Part shown: piece after piece, positions 10,647-20,538 of the stretch
How the letters are laid out: the number at the start of each line of letters is the position of its first letter
How positions within the stretch are numbered: position 1 is the stretch's first letter
Program-made: the position numbers and the translations under genes
Origin: Desulfobacterales bacterium
GTDB taxonomy: Bacteria; Desulfobacterota; Desulfobacteria; Desulfobacterales; SURF-7
Direction of reading: 5' to 3'
Length of the DNA stretch: 64,000 bases
NCBI GenBank assembly: GCA_041740615.1
Contig: JBGSLR010000097.1
Coordinates: 29,363-93,362, forward strand
The notes under the pieces: model-generated
What the model saw: only the letters and a program-made list of their open reading frames with translations
Databases searched by the model: none
Told to the model about the DNA's origin: nothing

Positions 10647-12030
10647 TGCTTTTCAATATCGCCTCCACTTCGCTCCGGTCGTATTTGCCGGCGGCGGTAC
10701 GGGGGATTCTGGGCGTCACCCGGATGATACGCGGAAATGCATAGGGGGCGAGTTCCGACGAGAGTTCCTGCCGGATATGGGTTGCCGCAAGGTCGCCCTC
10801 GATCAGGGCGGCGATTTCGTTCTGGCGGCCCATTTCCACCGGTATGGATATGACGACGGCGTCCCGAACACCTGCGATTTTTTTCAGATTGTCCCGGATT
10901 TCATCCAGATCCACGCGCCGACCGGCGACTTTGACGACACCGTCGGTTCGTCCCAGCAGGATAAAACCATTGCTCCCCTGAGCGGCCGCGCGATCACCGG
11001 TGGTATAAAAACCGTCCGGATCTTTTGGGATGTCGGGAGAGATAAAATCAGAGCGTACCTGCAATCGTTCCGCCTTGATTTGCCAGTCAACCGTTTCAAA
11101 GGGCGTAAACGCCGTTTCTGTAAGCGCCCTGCAACGGGAAGCGATTCCACCGGTCTCGGTGGAGCCGTAAATTTCACGGATGCCCACTCCGGTCTGCTGG
11201 TGAAAGTAGCGCCCGTCCTCCGGATCCAGCATGCCGGCCGATGACAGGGCCAGCCGCAAGGATCCCCGGGGAAGGGGGCAGCCGTTCAATACCCGATAGT
11301 GCATGGGAATGCCGATCAGGATCGATGCCTGATCGCTCTCGATGGCGGCGCTGATTTCATGGGGAAAGACCGGCGTACTTCCGACGACGCCGGCGGATGA
11401 CACCAGGGGAACCAGCACGGAAAACAGCAACCCGTAAATATGATTGGGCGGAACCGTGGCGACCAGACGGTCCCGGCCCGAGACGGACAGGTTGTCGGAA
11501 TGAAAAAAAGCTTCTGAAAACAGGTTTTTGACTGTTTTGGACCAGGCCCGGGGTTTGCCGGTGGAACCGCCGGTGTACAACCGCAGAAACTCCCCATCCG
11601 GTTGCACATCGCGGGACGGAAATCGAATGGGCGAAGGTCGGCCGGCGGCCTTTGGCAGCATGGCCTTTACACCCTCGGGAAGCGCTCTTTCCTGATCCAG
11701 AATCGCGGCGTGAAATGTCACCGATTGGTGGATTTCTTCCAGAATATTGGCGGAATACGAAAACGGCAGTACCAGCAGCGGGCCGCCCGAAAGGGACGCC
11801 AACAGGGCCGCGGCCATAACCGCCTTGTTTTCCGTGCAAAGGCATACCGTTGTCGGTTTCGGTTCCAGTTGGTCGAAATCGGCTTTCAACGAGGCCGCCA
11901 TCCGGTACACATCGCCGTAGGTGGCTCCGGACAGTATGAATGGATTGTCCGGGTGCGCCGGTTCTGAAAGCAGCCTCGAAATTCGCTTGTTGAAAACGGA
12001 ATCCAATCCGTTTTGACCGTTGGTTTTCAT
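10630..12030 (-). CDS. AMP-dependent ligase (aryl-polyene/xanthomonadin ApeH-like acyl-ACP synthetase type)
   Basis: YTGGSTGKPR, ATVPPNHIYGLLFSVL, EIYGSTETGGIA, GRTDGVVKVAGRRVDL, PRTAAGK. Confidence 0.85.
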   Translation of the reverse strand: MKTNGQNGLDSVFNKRISRLLSEPAHPDNPFILSGATYGDVYRMAASLKADFDQLEPKPTTVCLCTENKAVMAAALLASLSGGPLLVLPFSYSANILEEIHQSVTFHAAILDQERALPEGVKAMLPKAAGRPSPIRFPSRDVQPDGEFLRLYTGGSTGKPRAWSKTVKNLFSEAFFHSDNLSVSGRDRLVATVPPNHIYGLLFSVLVPLVSSAGVVGSTPVFPHEISAAIESDQASILIGIPMHYRVLNGCPLPRGSLRLALSSAGMLDPEDGRYFHQQTGVGIREIYGSTETGGIASRCRALTETAFTPFETVDWQIKAERLQVRSDFISPDIPKDPDGFYTTGDRAAAQGSNGFILLGRTDGVVKVAGRRVDLDEIRDNLKKIAGVRDAVVISIPVEMGRQNEIAALIEGDLAATHIRQELSSELAPYAFPRIIRVTPRIPRTAAGKYDRSEVEAILKSNASES

Positions 12031-12064
12031 GTTTCGAAAGTCCTGTTTCCGGCGGACGACAAGC

Positions 12065-12093
12065 TTGACACCGTCACCCGCTTTCCCTATAAG
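12065..12093 (+). promoter_or_regulatory. Putative sigma70 promoter of the SPASM radical SAM gene
   Basis: TTGACA-17 bp-TATAAG in the divergent intergenic gap. Confidence 0.5.
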
Positions 12094-12139
12094 GTTACGT
12101 GCTATATCACATATCTTTCAAAAGAGGTACAAGTATAAA

Positions 12140-13210
12140 TTGAAGACGGACCTGTCGGAAACCATCACCACCTGCATCGGAAAACCGGATTTTGAATTTT
12201 CACCCCAGGAGATCGAAGCCGCCAGAAGGAGCAACCGGATTCTTTCCATGGAAATCGAATTCAGCCTGCGGTGTAACTTCAATTGTCCGTATTGCTATGT
12301 GCCGGAAGACATCTATTTCAAGGAGGAACTGACACCGGAAGAGATCCGCGACGCCATCCTCCAGGCAAAGGACCTGGGCGCCCAGAAAATCATTATCCTC
12401 GGCGGAGAGCCGACGATTTATCCGCATATCCGCCAGATGATCCATTTCATCCGGGAAAACGGTCTGATCGTGGAGATGTTTACCAACGGATCGGGAATTA
12501 CCGCCGCTTTCGCCCGGGAGTTATATGCCGGGAATGTGCGTGTGGTGCTCAAGATGAACACCTTTCGGGAAGATCTTCAGGATCGACTGGCCGGCACCAC
12601 GGGTGCCTGTCGTATCATTCAGAACGCCCTGAACCACTTGAAACAGGCCGGGTATCCGTCCGAGAAGGGGTTTCTGGCGGTCAGCACCATCATCTGCCGT
12701 CAGAACATCGACGAGCTGCCGCGTCTGTGGCAGTGGTTGCGCGATCAGGGGATCGCTCCCTATTTTGAAATCATGACGCCGCAATCCAAGGCCCGGGAAA
12801 ACAAATGGCTCGAAGTCGATCCGGTTGACATCAAGAAATTGTTTGTCCGTATCGCCGCCATCGACAAGGAGCGCTACGACAAGAACTGGACACCCCAGCC
12901 GCCGCTGGTGGGCAACAAGTGCTTGCGGCATCAGTTTTCTTGCGTGGTCACTTCCAAAGGCGACGTGATGCCCTGTGTGGGTGTCAATTTGCCCATCGGC
13001 AACCTTCGCGAGGGAAAACTGGCGGAAATTCTTCGTACCAGCGAGGTTATGGGAAAACTCAAGGATTATCGGCACACCATCAAAGGTAATTGCGCAACCT
13101 GCTGCCAGGCGGAGGAGTGTTATGGGTGCCGTGGCGCCGCTTTTCAGCTCACCGGCGATTACCTGGCCTCCGATCCCCTGTGCTGGCGAAATGCCGAACC
13201 ATCGGGATGA
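12140..13210 (+). CDS. Radical SAM/SPASM-domain protein (AhbC/D-NirJ-like architecture)
   Basis: CNFNCPYC; LGGEP; SPASM cysteines (GDVMPC, CATC..ECYGCR..DPLC). TTG start at 12140 inferred from the AGAGG RBS and the promoter. Confidence 0.85.
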   Translation: MKTDLSETITTCIGKPDFEFSPQEIEAARRSNRILSMEIEFSLRCNFNCPYCYVPEDIYFKEELTPEEIRDAILQAKDLGAQKIIILGGEPTIYPHIRQMIHFIRENGLIVEMFTNGSGITAAFARELYAGNVRVVLKMNTFREDLQDRLAGTTGACRIIQNALNHLKQAGYPSEKGFLAVSTIICRQNIDELPRLWQWLRDQGIAPYFEIMTPQSKARENKWLEVDPVDIKKLFVRIAAIDKERYDKNWTPQPPLVGNKCLRHQFSCVVTSKGDVMPCVGVNLPIGNLREGKLAEILRTSEVMGKLKDYRHTIKGNCATCCQAEECYGCRGAAFQLTGDYLASDPLCWRNAEPSG

Positions 13211-14019
13211 CCTATCATCTGCATCACGGGCTTGCCGATAATTTCCGATAGCGGCAGAATCGCGAGCCCCTTCTGTTCGATTCCGGACAGCATCAGCTCG
13301 AGTTCGTTCAGCCAATAGGGCAGCAAGGGTTCTTCTTTGGGGCGGATATCATGCAGGATGACGATGTCATCGGGTTGGATGCGTTTCAGTATTTTTTCGG
13401 CCAACTGTTTGACGCGGCGGTTTCCCACATCGAGGGCCCGGCAGCTGAAATTGACGGTATACATGCCAGTTTTGCGTAGGATTCTTTTGAGCAGCGGGTT
13501 GGTGATGCCCACCGGCGGTCGGAAAGCGAACGACCGGATACCATAGGCGTGCAAAATACTCTGGGTGGTTTCGATCTCCCGTTGCAATGCCCTCCGACCT
13601 TTGAACATGATAAAAATATCATGGCTGTATGAATGATTGCCCACGGTATGCCCCTGCTCGACGATTTCCCGGATTAATTCGGGGTGTGCGGCCGCTTTTT
13701 TCCCGGTGATGAAAAAGGTCGCTGGGATACGATGCGTTGCCAGCAGGCGCAACAGCTCCGGCGTGGAAGCCGGATCCGGGCCATCGTCGAAGGTCAGCGC
13801 CACGGCTTGTTTGCCGGATTTTCCCCGGCTGACGATGGGCAGGTAAAAGCTGAGTCGGGTAAAAAACGGCGCCACCAGACACAATACCAGAAATGCGACC
13901 AATGGGATCGCCGCCAGCCGGATGTCGATCACGGCAAGGGCCGCCGCCGTAACATGCGCGGCGAGTCCGATCCGTTCGGCCAGTGACCATGAAGATGAAT
14001 TGCCCGTACCGTTTCCCAT
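13159..14019 (-). CDS. Membrane-anchored polysaccharide deacetylase (NodB/CE4)
   Basis: ALTFDDGP, GNHSYSH, FRPPVG, ILHD; N-terminal TM segments. Start inferred at MGNG. Confidence 0.88.
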   Translation of the reverse strand: MGNGTGNSSSWSLAERIGLAAHVTAAALAVIDIRLAAIPLVAFLVLCLVAPFFTRLSFYLPIVSRGKSGKQAVALTFDDGPDPASTPELLRLLATHRIPATFFITGKKAAAHPELIREIVEQGHTVGNHSYSHDIFIMFKGRRALQREIETTQSILHAYGIRSFAFRPPVGITNPLLKRILRKTGMYTVNFSCRALDVGNRRVKQLAEKILKRIQPDDIVILHDIRPKEEPLLPYWLNELELMLSGIEQKGLAILPLSEIIGKPVMQMIGHPDGSAFRQHRGSEAR

Positions 14020-14077
14020 AGATTCCGATGGTTTCAATCCGGCGCCATGGCTCTTCCCACGGCGTCGGTTTTTGCTT

Positions 14078-17000
14078 TCAGGTGGCGCCTCCGATAAACC
14101 AGACCAAATCGCCGTTATTGCCGGAAAATTGCGTCCGTTCAACGGAAAAACCCTGTCGTTCCATCAACCGCGTCAGTTCATCGATGGTCCGGTAGTTTGC
14201 CGGCATCCCCAACAGTTGCAAACGAATATGTTCGACCCACCAGAGCAGAGAGTATTTTTTTTCAGGAGAGATGGTTGCTCTCATGTACAGTCGGCCCGAT
14301 TTTTTCAGGCGGCTGTGCAGCCGCCGCAGCACCAGCGCCAGCTCTTCATCGGTCAGATAATGAACCATATCCAGCATCAGGGCGAAATCCGCCGGCTCCG
14401 GAGGTTCCGGCACATCCGGTGCCCGACCCGATACGATGACGCCGCGATCCCCCACGGCCCGTGACGCGACGCGGACTCTTTCATCGTCCGGCTCAAGGCC
14501 GAATATCCTGGCCTGCCGAAAGGCGGCGAGGCACCAGACGGCTGGAATGCCGAAGCCGCATCCGATATCGATGATGGTGCGGACATCCTGTTCGGCCTGC
14601 AGCAGTTGCGGCAGTTCCGCGAACATGGGATCGGTTTGCAGTTTGAAGCGGGCGAACAGGCGCGGATAGGTTTCCATCAGTCGATACTGCCGGCGAGCAA
14701 ACACCGCCGGCGCTTCGTTTGTGTCGAACGATCCTTCCCGATTTCGAAAGTAATATTGCAAAATTGGCGGGAGCAGCACGAAAGCGCCGATCAGGGAATA
14801 TCCGATGCCCAGCAGGGAAACGATTCCAACGCTCTGCAACAGCGAGTGCTCGGCAATGCAGAGCACCCCGAATCCGATCAGGGTGGAAGCCGCGGCCATG
14901 AATACCGCCATTTTGATCAGGCTAAAGGAGGGATGGGCTTCATACTGGTAGCGTTGGTAGGATCGAATATAAAACAGGGAATAATCGATCCCCATTCCCA
15001 GGATGATGATCGCCAGCATGAGGCCGGGAATATCCAGCGGTCGGCCCAGCAGATGGAGGGTGCCGAGAGTGCAGCTGAAAGCAAAGACAATCGGGGCCAG
15101 CGCGATGGCGGTCAGGGTCAGGTCAAAAAACATCAGGAGCAGTTGAATGACGACGCTGATACTGATAATCAGGAACATTTTCCCGAAGGTGGTGGACAGA
15201 AGCCGGCCCAGTCGCTGTGCAAAAAAGGCTTGATCGAATATGCGCGCGGTTTTGGAATACCGCTCCTGGAACGTTTCCGGGACATACTCTTCGGCCGTGG
15301 TCAGGCTGGCGAACTGGATGATCTTGGAACCTTCGGGGTTCTTGAGAATGCCCAGCATCTCCCACAGGGGCTTGGGGATTTCCGGTGTTCCCATGCGGCC
15401 GCCTTTTTCGATGGTGTTGAAAAAAGGATCGAACGCGTCCGGGGTAAAGCCCAGATCAGCTGCCGGCCGGGCCATGGCGGTTTTCAGATCGGCGATCCTG
15501 GTCTGGTTCCAGAAGGCTTTCCAGGCGGCCCGGTTTTCCCGGCGCCGTTTCTCTCCGGGGAACAACATGGATGGGGTGAAGGCCGTGGACAAGACGCCCC
15601 GGTCCAGATCCTGATCCAGCATTTCCAGGAGCCGGTCCCCTTTTCGCTGGAGGTCTTCCATTCCGTCCCCTTCGAACATCAGGAATACCTTCCGATTTTC
15701 GAACACGTTTCCCCATACGTCGGTCATCATTTTTTCAGCCGCCAGGGTATCCTTGGAGACGGTATTCATGTTGTGGATATCGGCATTGAAAACCGGTCTG
15801 GCAAAAAAGAGCATGACCACGCCGAAAATAAATGCCAGAACCGCACCGGGTTTTCCGGAGGCGCACATCCAGTTGACGATCCGTTGCAGGGTTTTTTTCG
15901 GAGCCATGGCCGGGGGCATTTCCGGAAAAACCAGCGGGAAAAGGGTATGCACGAACAGAAAGGAAAAAGAAAGCCCCAGGGCGGTGAACAAACCGAGTTC
16001 CGCGAAGATCGGGAACCCGCTCAACAACAGGGTCAGGAAAGCGACCACCGTGGTCAACACCGCCACCAGGCCCACGGCCCAGATTTCCCGGGACGCGTCT
16101 TTTCCTTTGGTGGGACAGGGGCGATCGATGAACAGCAGATAGGCGATCCCCTGATCCACCGTGATGGATATGATGGCGCCGCCGAATCCCAGCACGATGA
16201 TAGAAATGGACCGGTATACCAGGGAGTAAACGAAAAGGGCGGTCATGGTTCCGGCCACCGCCGGCAGGAGGGACATCAGGCCGATGAGCGGTCTGGGAAA
16301 GGCCAGGAGAAGCAGGAGCGCCACACCGATAGTGGACAAGGTGAGGGCCTTGCCGACATCTTGCCGAATAATATCTTCGTTGTCCAAAGCGGCTCGATAG
16401 GCCCCGACGGGTGTTATGACGGGGCATCCGCCGGAACCGGCGCATTCCTCCGCCAGCTTGGTTTCAATGGTGCGGAAGAGGGCGGTCAGTTTGCGGGCGA
16501 AGGCCGTATCCGTTCCGGCGGTCGCAGGCTTGGCGATCAACAGCAAATGCTTTCCGTCGGATGAAATGAGTTTTTCCCGGTGAATCCGAACCGAACCGGA
16601 GGGGATCAGCGGCGCCATTCGGGCCATGACCAGATTTTTCAAATCCAACGGATCTGTTGAAATGAATCGGGCCTGGCCGATTCCATCCATGCTTAACAAC
16701 CGCGCCTGTATTTCGGCAAGATGCCGCTCGATTTGTTCCGTTTCCAGGAGCGGCTTGACCGTCTCTTCCAGTTGGCGCTCGGAAAACATGGCCGGCAGGT
16801 CGTCGATGACATGCCAGACCAGCTCCGGCAGAGCCCCCTGCAAGTCCTTGATGCCGACCCGCTGAAACAGGCCGCTCGAAATCAGTTCCGTTTCGATCCG
16901 GTCACCCCATTTCACCAGATTGTCCAGATTTTCCTCGGACGTGGTCACATCGATAAACAGCTGATCATGCATGGGATGGTGCTGAAAGATATAGACGGCG

Positions 17001-17143
17001 TTGGAAAGCACCGGATCGTCCTGGGGCAGGGAGCCCACGACATCGGTATCGATGGTCAGACGCAGGAATCCGACGCCGAACAGGATGCCTGCCGCAAACA
17101 GGATGGTGACTAATCGGAACCACTTGATCGTTGGTGTTTTCAT
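14078..17143 (-). CDS. MMPL/RND lipid exporter fused to a C-terminal class I SAM methyltransferase
   Basis: Two TM bundles (ITVDQGI; LGMGIDYSLF); C-terminal FARFKL..DP, IIDIGCGFG and LDMVHYL. Confidence 0.85.
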   Translation of the reverse strand: MKTPTIKWFRLVTILFAAGILFGVGFLRLTIDTDVVGSLPQDDPVLSNAVYIFQHHPMHDQLFIDVTTSEENLDNLVKWGDRIETELISSGLFQRVGIKDLQGALPELVWHVIDDLPAMFSERQLEETVKPLLETEQIERHLAEIQARLLSMDGIGQARFISTDPLDLKNLVMARMAPLIPSGSVRIHREKLISSDGKHLLLIAKPATAGTDTAFARKLTALFRTIETKLAEECAGSGGCPVITPVGAYRAALDNEDIIRQDVGKALTLSTIGVALLLLLAFPRPLIGLMSLLPAVAGTMTALFVYSLVYRSISIIVLGFGGAIISITVDQGIAYLLFIDRPCPTKGKDASREIWAVGLVAVLTTVVAFLTLLLSGFPIFAELGLFTALGLSFSFLFVHTLFPLVFPEMPPAMAPKKTLQRIVNWMCASGKPGAVLAFIFGVVMLFFARPVFNADIHNMNTVSKDTLAAEKMMTDVWGNVFENRKVFLMFEGDGMEDLQRKGDRLLEMLDQDLDRGVLSTAFTPSMLFPGEKRRRENRAAWKAFWNQTRIADLKTAMARPAADLGFTPDAFDPFFNTIEKGGRMGTPEIPKPLWEMLGILKNPEGSKIIQFASLTTAEEYVPETFQERYSKTARIFDQAFFAQRLGRLLSTTFGKMFLIISISVVIQLLLMFFDLTLTAIALAPIVFAFSCTLGTLHLLGRPLDIPGLMLAIIILGMGIDYSLFYIRSYQRYQYEAHPSFSLIKMAVFMAAASTLIGFGVLCIAEHSLLQSVGIVSLLGIGYSLIGAFVLLPPILQYYFRNREGSFDTNEAPAVFARRQYRLMETYPRLFARFKLQTDPMFAELPQLLQAEQDVRTIIDIGCGFGIPAVWCLAAFRQARIFGLEPDDERVRVASRAVGDRGVIVSGRAPDVPEPPEPADFALMLDMVHYLTDEELALVLRRLHSRLKKSGRLYMRATISPEKKYSLLWWVEHIRLQLLGMPANYRTIDELTRLMERQGFSVERTQFSGNNGDLVWFIGGAT

Positions 17144-17231
17144 CAGCGCATTGGAAAGCAGATATGAATGGGACGGGAATGAGTCAGGCCCGTCGTGTTG
17201 GATTGCAGGGATTCGATTCCCGGATCGGAAG

Positions 17232-17981
17232 TCAGCATTGGAACACCATCATCAAGACCGCCAGTATGGCCAGTAGATGGAGCACGATGACCGCCACCTT
17301 GCGTCGGTAATAGATTTCGTTTAATTTCTGAATGCCGCGCAACCCGCCACATAACCGTCTGTATTTGTCCAGTTGTACGAACCGTTGGTTGTCGGTTCGG
17401 GTGTTGGCTTGAAACGCGATGGATGGATAAATGGCATACTGATCACAGTCCAGGCGGCACAACATGGAATCGAAAGGGATTTTGCGCCACGGTTCCTTCG
17501 CCAACTTTTCCGCAAACGGTCGGTTCAGTGCATAGGCATGGGCAAGGCTGCGGTATTTGATTCGGATGACCGATTTGTCCGTTGTCGGCCGGCTTCCCGT
17601 GACCAGGCAGCCTAAAAAAAACGCCTTCCAGCCGTCATGGCGCACCAGAAACTCGGCGCCGCGTTTCAGGTTCTTTCCATTGAATCGTTCAAAAACGATG
17701 TCATCCTCGAAGATCACCATATTCCTGGCGTCGGCCTGAATTCCCTTGTGGATGCAGCGCATATGGGAGTCGAAAATACCCTGCTCGCTGTCGGCATGGT
17801 TTTTTTGGACGATAACGAATTCGACGCGATCCCCAAGCCCGACTTTCCGGAATTGACGGATCGCTTCCGCGCGCCTGTCCGTGCGCTCTTCCAGCGAGAT
17901 GCAGTAAAGCTTGTCGAAAAAATCCCAACAATTCGGAGGACCATGCGGTTTCATCGGAAAAAAGCTTGATTGCATCTCCAT
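17232..17981 (-). CDS. Glycosyltransferase family 25-like protein with C-terminal TM anchor
   Basis: YCISLEERTDRR; IFEDD; AHAYAL; hydrophobic C-terminus. Confidence 0.7.
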   Translation of the reverse strand: MEMQSSFFPMKPHGPPNCWDFFDKLYCISLEERTDRRAEAIRQFRKVGLGDRVEFVIVQKNHADSEQGIFDSHMRCIHKGIQADARNMVIFEDDIVFERFNGKNLKRGAEFLVRHDGWKAFFLGCLVTGSRPTTDKSVIRIKYRSLAHAYALNRPFAEKLAKEPWRKIPFDSMLCRLDCDQYAIYPSIAFQANTRTDNQRFVQLDKYRRLCGGLRGIQKLNEIYYRRKVAVIVLHLLAILAVLMMVFQC

Positions 17982-18104
17982 AGTCGAATAGATTCTGATA
18001 ACCTCGTTGAAAGTGAGTACACGTACAATGTTATCCGCAAAAATTCAACCCAATTCTCCCAGTCCTCCAGCGTTTGCCGATGGGGGCGTTCCCATGACGG
18101 AGGG

Positions 18105-18491
18105 ATGTCGCTTTCCCGACTTTCCGATCGGTCGCAGATGAAATTGCCGTTTGTCCATAAGCTCGTCGAGAATGATTTTGTGCGTTCCGCGATCGAGGAA
18201 AAAGCGGATCTCAGTGCCTTTACAGAAAGGCCATCCATTCGGGTTCTTGCGGGTATTTTCGCCATCGCTTTCAGCTATGTCATCGGCTGGCCCGCCGTCA
18301 GTTTTCTGGGCGTCGTTTCCGTCTATTGGAAGGAACCGCTGATTCTGATCATCGGAGGACCGCTCATCTATGGATTGTCCCATGTGGTCTTTCTGGTGGG
18401 TATGTATCTGGCCGGCGCCGAGTACTCCCTGATCTTTTTACGCTGGGCCGTCCGGGTTGCCGCGGAAAAGCTCATCCGGCGATTTACCTGA
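18105..18491 (+). CDS. Small membrane protein of unknown function
   Basis: Two or three hydrophobic helices. Start uncertain (18105 or 18138). Confidence 0.6.
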   Translation: MSLSRLSDRSQMKLPFVHKLVENDFVRSAIEEKADLSAFTERPSIRVLAGIFAIAFSYVIGWPAVSFLGVVSVYWKEPLILIIGGPLIYGLSHVVFLVGMYLAGAEYSLIFLRWAVRVAAEKLIRRFT

Positions 18492-18492
18492 T

Positions 18493-19578
18493 CTATCGAT
18501 AGGCGCTGAAATCAACACCGCGCAATTCCCCACGCTTTTCAAACCACTCCTTTTCATCTTTCGGCGGCGTGACCAAGTCGGCGGCTTCTTTTCGGACAAG
18601 GCCAATCGCATTCGTGGGGCAGGTGCTGACACACAATCCGCATCCGATGCATTTTTCCCGAATGACTTGGTAGTTTTCGCCCGCTTCTCCGGTGATGGCC
18701 TGTATCTGGCAGCGTTCATCGGCGCAAAGGCCGCAGGCGACACATACGGTTGAATCGATTTCGGCATAGAAGGCGCTGTTGATCGCCTCAGTGACGCCCA
18801 GTTCATTCATGGAGCGCAGGACGCCGCAGCAGCAGCCACAGCAATTGCAGATATAATAATGGCCGCTTTCCACATTGCTGGTCAAATGGACCAGGCCGGC
18901 CTCCTCGGATTTTCGCAGGACTTCATAGGCCTCTTCCTTGGTGATGGATTTTTTGATCAGTGGATGATGATCGAATACGCCCGGGATGGGCGCAATGGCC
19001 AGACAAACTTCGAGGGGTTTTTGGCAACCGTTCTCCAGAATGTGCTGTTCCTTTTTGCAGATACATTCGTTCACGCCGAAGGAAAGTCCGTTTTCGATGA
19101 TGGCGGACACTCTTTCGTAGGGCAGGGTTTCCTGGTGATTCCGGATTTCTTTTTCAATGGGAACCACCTGCATGAGATGCGGTTTGTTGCCGAAAAACTG
19201 CTTCCCGAATACCGGGCCGTATTCCTCGCAAAGCTCGGCAAATTCACGGTCCATGCGTTTCAGTTGGAATTCATAGATCCCGAAAACCCAGGGCATGATC
19301 CGGAACACCTTGACGGTTCCGAAATCAATACCGAACAACAGTCCGCGGTGCCACATGCTCTCGAGCTTCTCCGCCAGGTTTGTCAGCGGCCGGCCCGTGC
19401 GCTGGGCCACTTCTTCCGGGGTTTCATACTTCAGCCGCAGGTCGCAGAATAGTTCCGCTTCATCCGGATCGAAGATTTTCCGCAGCAGTTTCATTTCGAC
19501 GCCGCTTTCCGTTGCCGGGAAACCGTTGGGTAACGTATCGAGCAACTGCGCCAACTTTTTGTAGATCGAATCGGTCAT
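18493..19578 (-). CDS. 4Fe-4S dicluster (polyferredoxin-like) protein
   Basis: CICKK, ICNCCGCCCG, CVACGLCADERC, CIGCGLCVSTCP. Confidence 0.88.
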   Translation of the reverse strand: MTDSIYKKLAQLLDTLPNGFPATESGVEMKLLRKIFDPDEAELFCDLRLKYETPEEVAQRTGRPLTNLAEKLESMWHRGLLFGIDFGTVKVFRIMPWVFGIYEFQLKRMDREFAELCEEYGPVFGKQFFGNKPHLMQVVPIEKEIRNHQETLPYERVSAIIENGLSFGVNECICKKEQHILENGCQKPLEVCLAIAPIPGVFDHHPLIKKSITKEEAYEVLRKSEEAGLVHLTSNVESGHYYICNCCGCCCGVLRSMNELGVTEAINSAFYAEIDSTVCVACGLCADERCQIQAITGEAGENYQVIREKCIGCGLCVSTCPTNAIGLVRKEAADLVTPPKDEKEWFEKRGELRGVDFSAYR

Positions 19579-20219
19579 GATGGTCCTCCTTGGGATTTGG
19601 GTGCGTATACATCATCATCCGGCCGCAGCCCGAAATATAGGCTTTCGGTTACGACGTTCATCATCTTGTTGATATCCCGGCGGTTTGGGCCGGTTTCCTT
19701 GACGTATCGGTCGATGCACAGCATGGCGAATCCATGGACCATCGACCAGGCCGAAAGCGCCATTTCCATGGGATCTCCGGGCCGGATGGCGCCGATTGTC
19801 TGACAGGCCGTGATGCAATCCATCAGCGTTTGAAAGGAGGTGGCGGCCGATTGTCGCACCGCTTCCGTTTCCCGTCCCTTGGTTTTGACGGGGCCGAACA
19901 TTACCCGGTAATGGGCCGGGTGACGAACGGCGAACTCCATATACGCGATGCCGCAATATTTGAATTGCAGGCGCGGATCCTCCGGATACTCCGCAATGCG
20001 ACTGCGCATGTGGAACACCATGGTATCAAAGCCGTCCTTGGCAACCGTGGCCAGCAGGGCGTCCTTGTCCTTGAAATGGCGGTAGGGGGCCGTATGGCTG
20101 ACACCCGCCCGCCGGGCGACTTCTCGAATGGTAAAGGCCTCCGCCCCCTTTTCGCCGATCAGCTCCAGGGTCGCTTCGACCAAGGCTTTCTGCAGATTTC
20201 CGTGATGATACGTTACCAT
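19575..20219 (-). CDS. TetR/AcrR-family regulator (WHG C-terminal domain)
   Basis: YHHGNL..REVARRAGVSHTAPYRHF HTH; WSMVHG; 4-bp overlap with the downstream gene. Confidence 0.92.
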   Translation of the reverse strand: MVTYHHGNLQKALVEATLELIGEKGAEAFTIREVARRAGVSHTAPYRHFKDKDALLATVAKDGFDTMVFHMRSRIAEYPEDPRLQFKYCGIAYMEFAVRHPAHYRVMFGPVKTKGRETEAVRQSAATSFQTLMDCITACQTIGAIRPGDPMEMALSAWSMVHGFAMLCIDRYVKETGPNRRDINKMMNVVTESLYFGLRPDDDVYAPKSQGGPS

Positions 20220-20252
20220 GTAAATTGTCCGCGAGCCTTCTTTTGGTGATTC

Positions 20253-20302
20253 ATGTTTACACTGTCAACATTCATATCTCAAAATGTTTACACTGTCAAC
20301 AT
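20253..20302. promoter_or_regulatory. Tandem TetR-type operator: two identical 19-bp imperfect palindromes
   Basis: ATGTTTACACTGTCAACAT at 20253-20271 and 20284-20302, immediately upstream of the TetR gene. Confidence 0.8.
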
Positions 20303-20538
20303 GAGTTCCGTTGACGGGAAGATCGACGAAATGCGGATTGATCTTACGTGGATTGATCTTATATTGACTCCATCAACAGGAAATTCTTTACAATTCCGTA
20401 CCCGGTTGATAGATACGTCCCGAAACCGACCCATGCGCGAATTTTCCGGTTGGATGGGCATCCGGACCGTCTCCGTGTGGCGTCATGTGATCTTTTGGCC
20501 CATTTCCAAACCGTTTTCAATTCGGAAAGAGAGTTACC

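Noticed and set aside
14606-16564. Long antisense ORFs (also 32233..33825, 53335..54660, 58812..60422, 23130..23822)
   Set aside because: They are shadows of well-supported genes on the opposite strand in GC-rich DNA and have no recognisable motifs.
20253-20302. Mini-CRISPR array
   Set aside because: Only two 19-bp repeats with a 12-bp gap and no cas genes; an operator explains it.
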